Made by a program: the position numbers and the translations under genes
Notes under the pieces: generated by a model
What the model was told of the DNA's origin: nothing
What the model saw: only the letters and a program-made list of their open reading frames with translations
Databases searched by the model: none
Shown here: piece by piece, positions 45,939 through 48,258 of the stretch
How positions within the stretch are numbered: the first letter of the stretch is position 1
How the letters are laid out: every line of letters begins with the position of its first letter
IMG/VR virus record: IMGVR_UViG_3300048576_000589
Location: 1-48,258 of that record
Reading direction: 5' to 3' (one strand)
From: a virus
Taxonomy: Duplodnaviria; Caudoviricetes
DNA length: 48,258 nucleotides

Positions 45939-46292
45939 ATGTTAGAATTTACAAGGTCAACAATTACCATTACGGCGAATCAAAGTAGCGAAATGGTAGG
46001 AAATTTGCTAAAAGCATCTAGCACCGAGATGCTTGCTATCAATAGCAATACTGAGTATTCGGTAGAAGATACAGGTATTAAGTTACAGATCACTGTAAAG
46101 CGAGAATCGAATAAGCTCGTTGAGTTTGTTGCAACTTGCTATGCCACCACCGAAGATCAGAATAAGCATTGCGGGACTGTTGTGATTCGAGATGGTTTCG
46201 TTATTCCTACGCTGCGTCTCGACTTAAGCATCGACGAAGCAGAGAGAATAACTCGACTTGCGCGACAGGCTTACGAGGAGGTGATTGTATAA
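45939..46292 (+). CDS. Hypothetical protein (possible tail accessory)
   Basis: 117 aa following tail tip gene. Confidence 0.65.
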   Translation: MLEFTRSTITITANQSSEMVGNLLKASSTEMLAINSNTEYSVEDTGIKLQITVKRESNKLVEFVATCYATTEDQNKHCGTVVIRDGFVIPTLRLDLSIDEAERITRLARQAYEEVIV

Positions 46293-46318
46293 AAAAGGCT
46301 GCATTGTGCAGCCTTTTT
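46292..46318. terminator. Bidirectional intrinsic terminator
   Basis: AAAAAGGCTGCA-TTG-TGCAGCCTTTTT. Confidence 0.85.
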
Positions 46319-46435
46319 GCTAAATATTGTTGTTTATTTATGCAAATAAAGTTAAATTGCTTCGATATTTTATTCAAAAAATTGCGTAAAACGCAGTAAA
46401 TGTGTATATTACATACACAATAAAAAGATTTTGCC

Positions 46436-47002
46436 ATGAAAAAAATCGCATTGGTTATTGCTGCAGCTGCTTTGATTTTGGCATCTTGCAGTAAGGAGGA
46501 CGGTAGAATTACTGATCCTAACGCTAAGCTGTCTCTTCGCCCTGCTGCTGGAGTTACGCTTAAATCGGGCAATCCAGCACATCTTACCGCTTACGAGATT
46601 GTAAAGCGAACGAACTCTATTGCCTTTATTAACGAAAAGGTGTACGACAAGCCTCTTGAGCGCGGTTTTGGAGATGAGCAGCGCGACTTTGTTAATAACC
46701 GACTATTGCTCTTTGCAACAGACGTTATCAATGAGGATGGCAGCATTAGGCTGGATTTTATTGAAGGTAGAGATTTTGTCCTTTATGAAATATACTGGGT
46801 TGGAAGTACTGATGGGCATATGCAAAGAGATACCATAGCATACCTCCCCAACTCTGTTGTTAGAGCTGCGGAAACGGAAATAAAATCGGCTTACAATAGC
46901 GGCAATTACAAGGAATGCTACCGATTGATGGATGAGGCTTTCAGGTTTACGCCAATTACAGGTGCAGAATGGCGCGAGCTGAAGCGACAGGGGAAGAACT
47001 AA
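46436..47002 (+). CDS. Lipoprotein moron
   Basis: MKK-hydrophobic-LASC lipobox followed by SKED; AT-rich upstream region; flanked by terminators. Confidence 0.85.
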   Translation: MKKIALVIAAAALILASCSKEDGRITDPNAKLSLRPAAGVTLKSGNPAHLTAYEIVKRTNSIAFINEKVYDKPLERGFGDEQRDFVNNRLLLFATDVINEDGSIRLDFIEGRDFVLYEIYWVGSTDGHMQRDTIAYLPNSVVRAAETEIKSAYNSGNYKECYRLMDEAFRFTPITGAEWRELKRQGKN

Positions 47003-47020
47003 AGCTTTAAGAATTGACTT

Positions 47021-47048
47021 AAAAGGCTGCTAAAAAGCAGCCTTTTTT
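47021..47048. terminator. Bidirectional intrinsic terminator
   Basis: AAAAGGCTGC-TAAAAA-GCAGCCTTTTTT. Confidence 0.85.
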
Positions 47049-47066
47049 ATTTTACACCTGTAAAAG

Positions 47067-47098
47067 TGTTTGAAAGACAAACATAAGTTATATATTTG
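47067..47098 (+). promoter_or_regulatory. Lysis-cassette promoter with palindrome upstream of the -7 box
   Basis: TGTTTGAAAGACAAACA (47067-47083), TATATTTG (47091-47098). Confidence 0.8.
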
Positions 47099-47116
47099 AG
47101 GTAAACTTTACTTGAG

Positions 47117-47719
47117 ATGTCGGATATAGCGGGAGTAATATCGGCTTTTGGTGTGCTGGTGACAGCATTCCTAAGCTACAACCAGTACGCCAAGAACAAG
47201 AAAACGGACTTTAAGATTGAGCAGTGGAAGGCAACCGAGGAGGAGAAGAGCCGAAACCACAACAGTTCAATTGCCACCATCTTCGGTGTCCTTTGGGGAG
47301 TGCTTCACGAGTCGGGGGCTAGCAGGGTTTACGTAATACAGCCTCACCCGCTAATTAACTCGATGTTCATAAGCGTTGGCTTGGAGGTTCGAAGAAACGG
47401 GGTTTCCAGCATCAAGGACGGGTTTCGGGATATGAGTATAGAGGAGATGTCGCTGTTTGTTTCCGACTTAGCCAACCGAGATTACATGGTGTACAAGGAT
47501 GTAGGGGAAGAACTTAAGGACAACCGGGCACGAGCTACATTTATTCAGAACGGATCGGAGAGCATGGTGTTGAAGCGGCTTAGAAACAACCATCAAGATT
47601 GGGTTGGAACGCTAGTGCTGGACTACACCTATAATATAGAGATCAACCCGGTTCACGTAAGGGAGCTGGCTGCTGAGGCGGCAAACTCAATACAGTTTAT
47701 TATACCTGAATATAAATAG
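47117..47719 (+). CDS. Putative holin: single N-terminal TM helix plus GAF-like soluble domain
   Basis: IAGVISAFGVLVTAFLSY TM; SGASRVYVIQ...WVGTLVLDY GAF-like pattern; directly upstream of endolysin. Confidence 0.55.
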   Translation: MSDIAGVISAFGVLVTAFLSYNQYAKNKKTDFKIEQWKATEEEKSRNHNSSIATIFGVLWGVLHESGASRVYVIQPHPLINSMFISVGLEVRRNGVSSIKDGFRDMSIEEMSLFVSDLANRDYMVYKDVGEELKDNRARATFIQNGSESMVLKRLRNNHQDWVGTLVLDYTYNIEINPVHVRELAAEAANSIQFIIPEYK

Positions 47720-47727
47720 TAAGCGAC

Positions 47728-48258
47728 ATGGCAGATTTTGAAAGTTCCTATCGGCGCGTGCTAGAGCACGAGGGCGGATACGTCAACGACCCAGACGATC
47801 CAGGTGGCGAAACCTACAAGGGAGTAGCCAGAAAAATGAATAGCAAGTGGGTGGGATGGGTTCGTATCGACATGCTAAAGAGGCAGGGTGGATTCCCAGC
47901 CAACTTGGAGCGCGACGCAGACCTTCAGGAAATGGTTCGCGACTTCTATGAGGTGAACTATTGGGATAAGGTTAAAGGTGACGATATAGCCAACCAAGAG
48001 GTGGCGTTCTCTCTTTTCGACTTTGCCGTTAATGCAGGAGTTGCTACAAGCTCAACCCTCGCTCAGCTGGTCGTTGGTGCAGATAGGGATGGGGTTATTG
48101 GAGGTGAAACCGTTAAGGCAATCAACGATTACGACCCAGATAAATTCCTTGTATCATTTACATTGGCAAAGATCGCTAGATATGCAAGCATTGTTAAACG
48201 AAATCCTACCAGCAAGAAGTACTTTTACGGTTGGGTTTGCAGAGCATTAGGAGAGTAG
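47728..48258 (+). CDS. Endolysin, glycoside hydrolase family 108 with PG-binding domain
   Basis: HEGGYVNDPDDPGGETYKG, FDFAVNAG, DGVIG, GWVCR. Confidence 0.95.
   Translation: MADFESSYRRVLEHEGGYVNDPDDPGGETYKGVARKMNSKWVGWVRIDMLKRQGGFPANLERDADLQEMVRDFYEVNYWDKVKGDDIANQEVAFSLFDFAVNAGVATSSTLAQLVVGADRDGVIGGETVKAINDYDPDKFLVSFTLAKIARYASIVKRNPTSKKYFYGWVCRALGE

Larger units (their letters stand above)
1..48258. mobile_element. Temperate siphovirus / prophage, Bacteroidota-type, near complete
   Basis: Integrase-repressor-replication-packaging-head-tail-lysis gene order; long tape measure and no sheath gene; TAnnTTTG-like promoters and a Bacteroidota-type lipoprotein signal. Confidence 0.95.

Noticed and set aside
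3002-46572. Numerous minus-strand ORFs (e.g. 10724-11254, 23304-23792, 26442-26990, 41660-42265)
   Set aside because: Antisense shadows of well-supported plus-strand genes with no recognisable motifs
2974-47083. Recurrent palindrome as CRISPR repeats or transposon ends
   Set aside because: Copies are dispersed, not regularly spaced, tied to promoter boxes, and there are no cas or transposase genes

Overview
The window is one near-complete temperate siphovirus/prophage of Bacteroidota type, running from the integrase stop codon (1) to the endolysin stop codon (48258); att sites are not in the window. Gene order: integrase, HTH, CI-like repressor (leftward); Cro-like, Xis-like, Rad50-like ATPase, RecT-like annealase, MBL nuclease, DUF4373-type initiator with an internal iteron array, DnaB; accessory genes; DUF488 / Dam-like MTase-GNAT fusion / ParB-like cluster; terminases, portal, minor head; a 4.6-kb insert of non-structural genes and structured RNAs; scaffold, decoration, capsid, neck, tail tube, chaperones, tape measure, Dit, tail tip with duplicated domain; lipoprotein moron; GAF-like holin candidate and GH108 endolysin. 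Main observations beyond the gene list: (1) 13 copies of a 17-bp palindrome TGTTTG-N5-CAAACA, downstream of the promoter -7 box at early/accessory promoters but upstream of it at packaging, capsid and lysis promoters; (2) an attC-like hairpin and a gene framed by GTTATGG...CCATAAC inverted ends, resembling an integron cassette without an integron integrase; (3) three tRNA-like folds with intact T arms but no usable anticodon, one inside the tail operon; (4) a pseudoknotted ncRNA candidate; (5) a CI repressor with both autocleavage residues substituted; (6) a candidate DNA-modification operon. All family assignments are from motif recognition by eye, not database searches.
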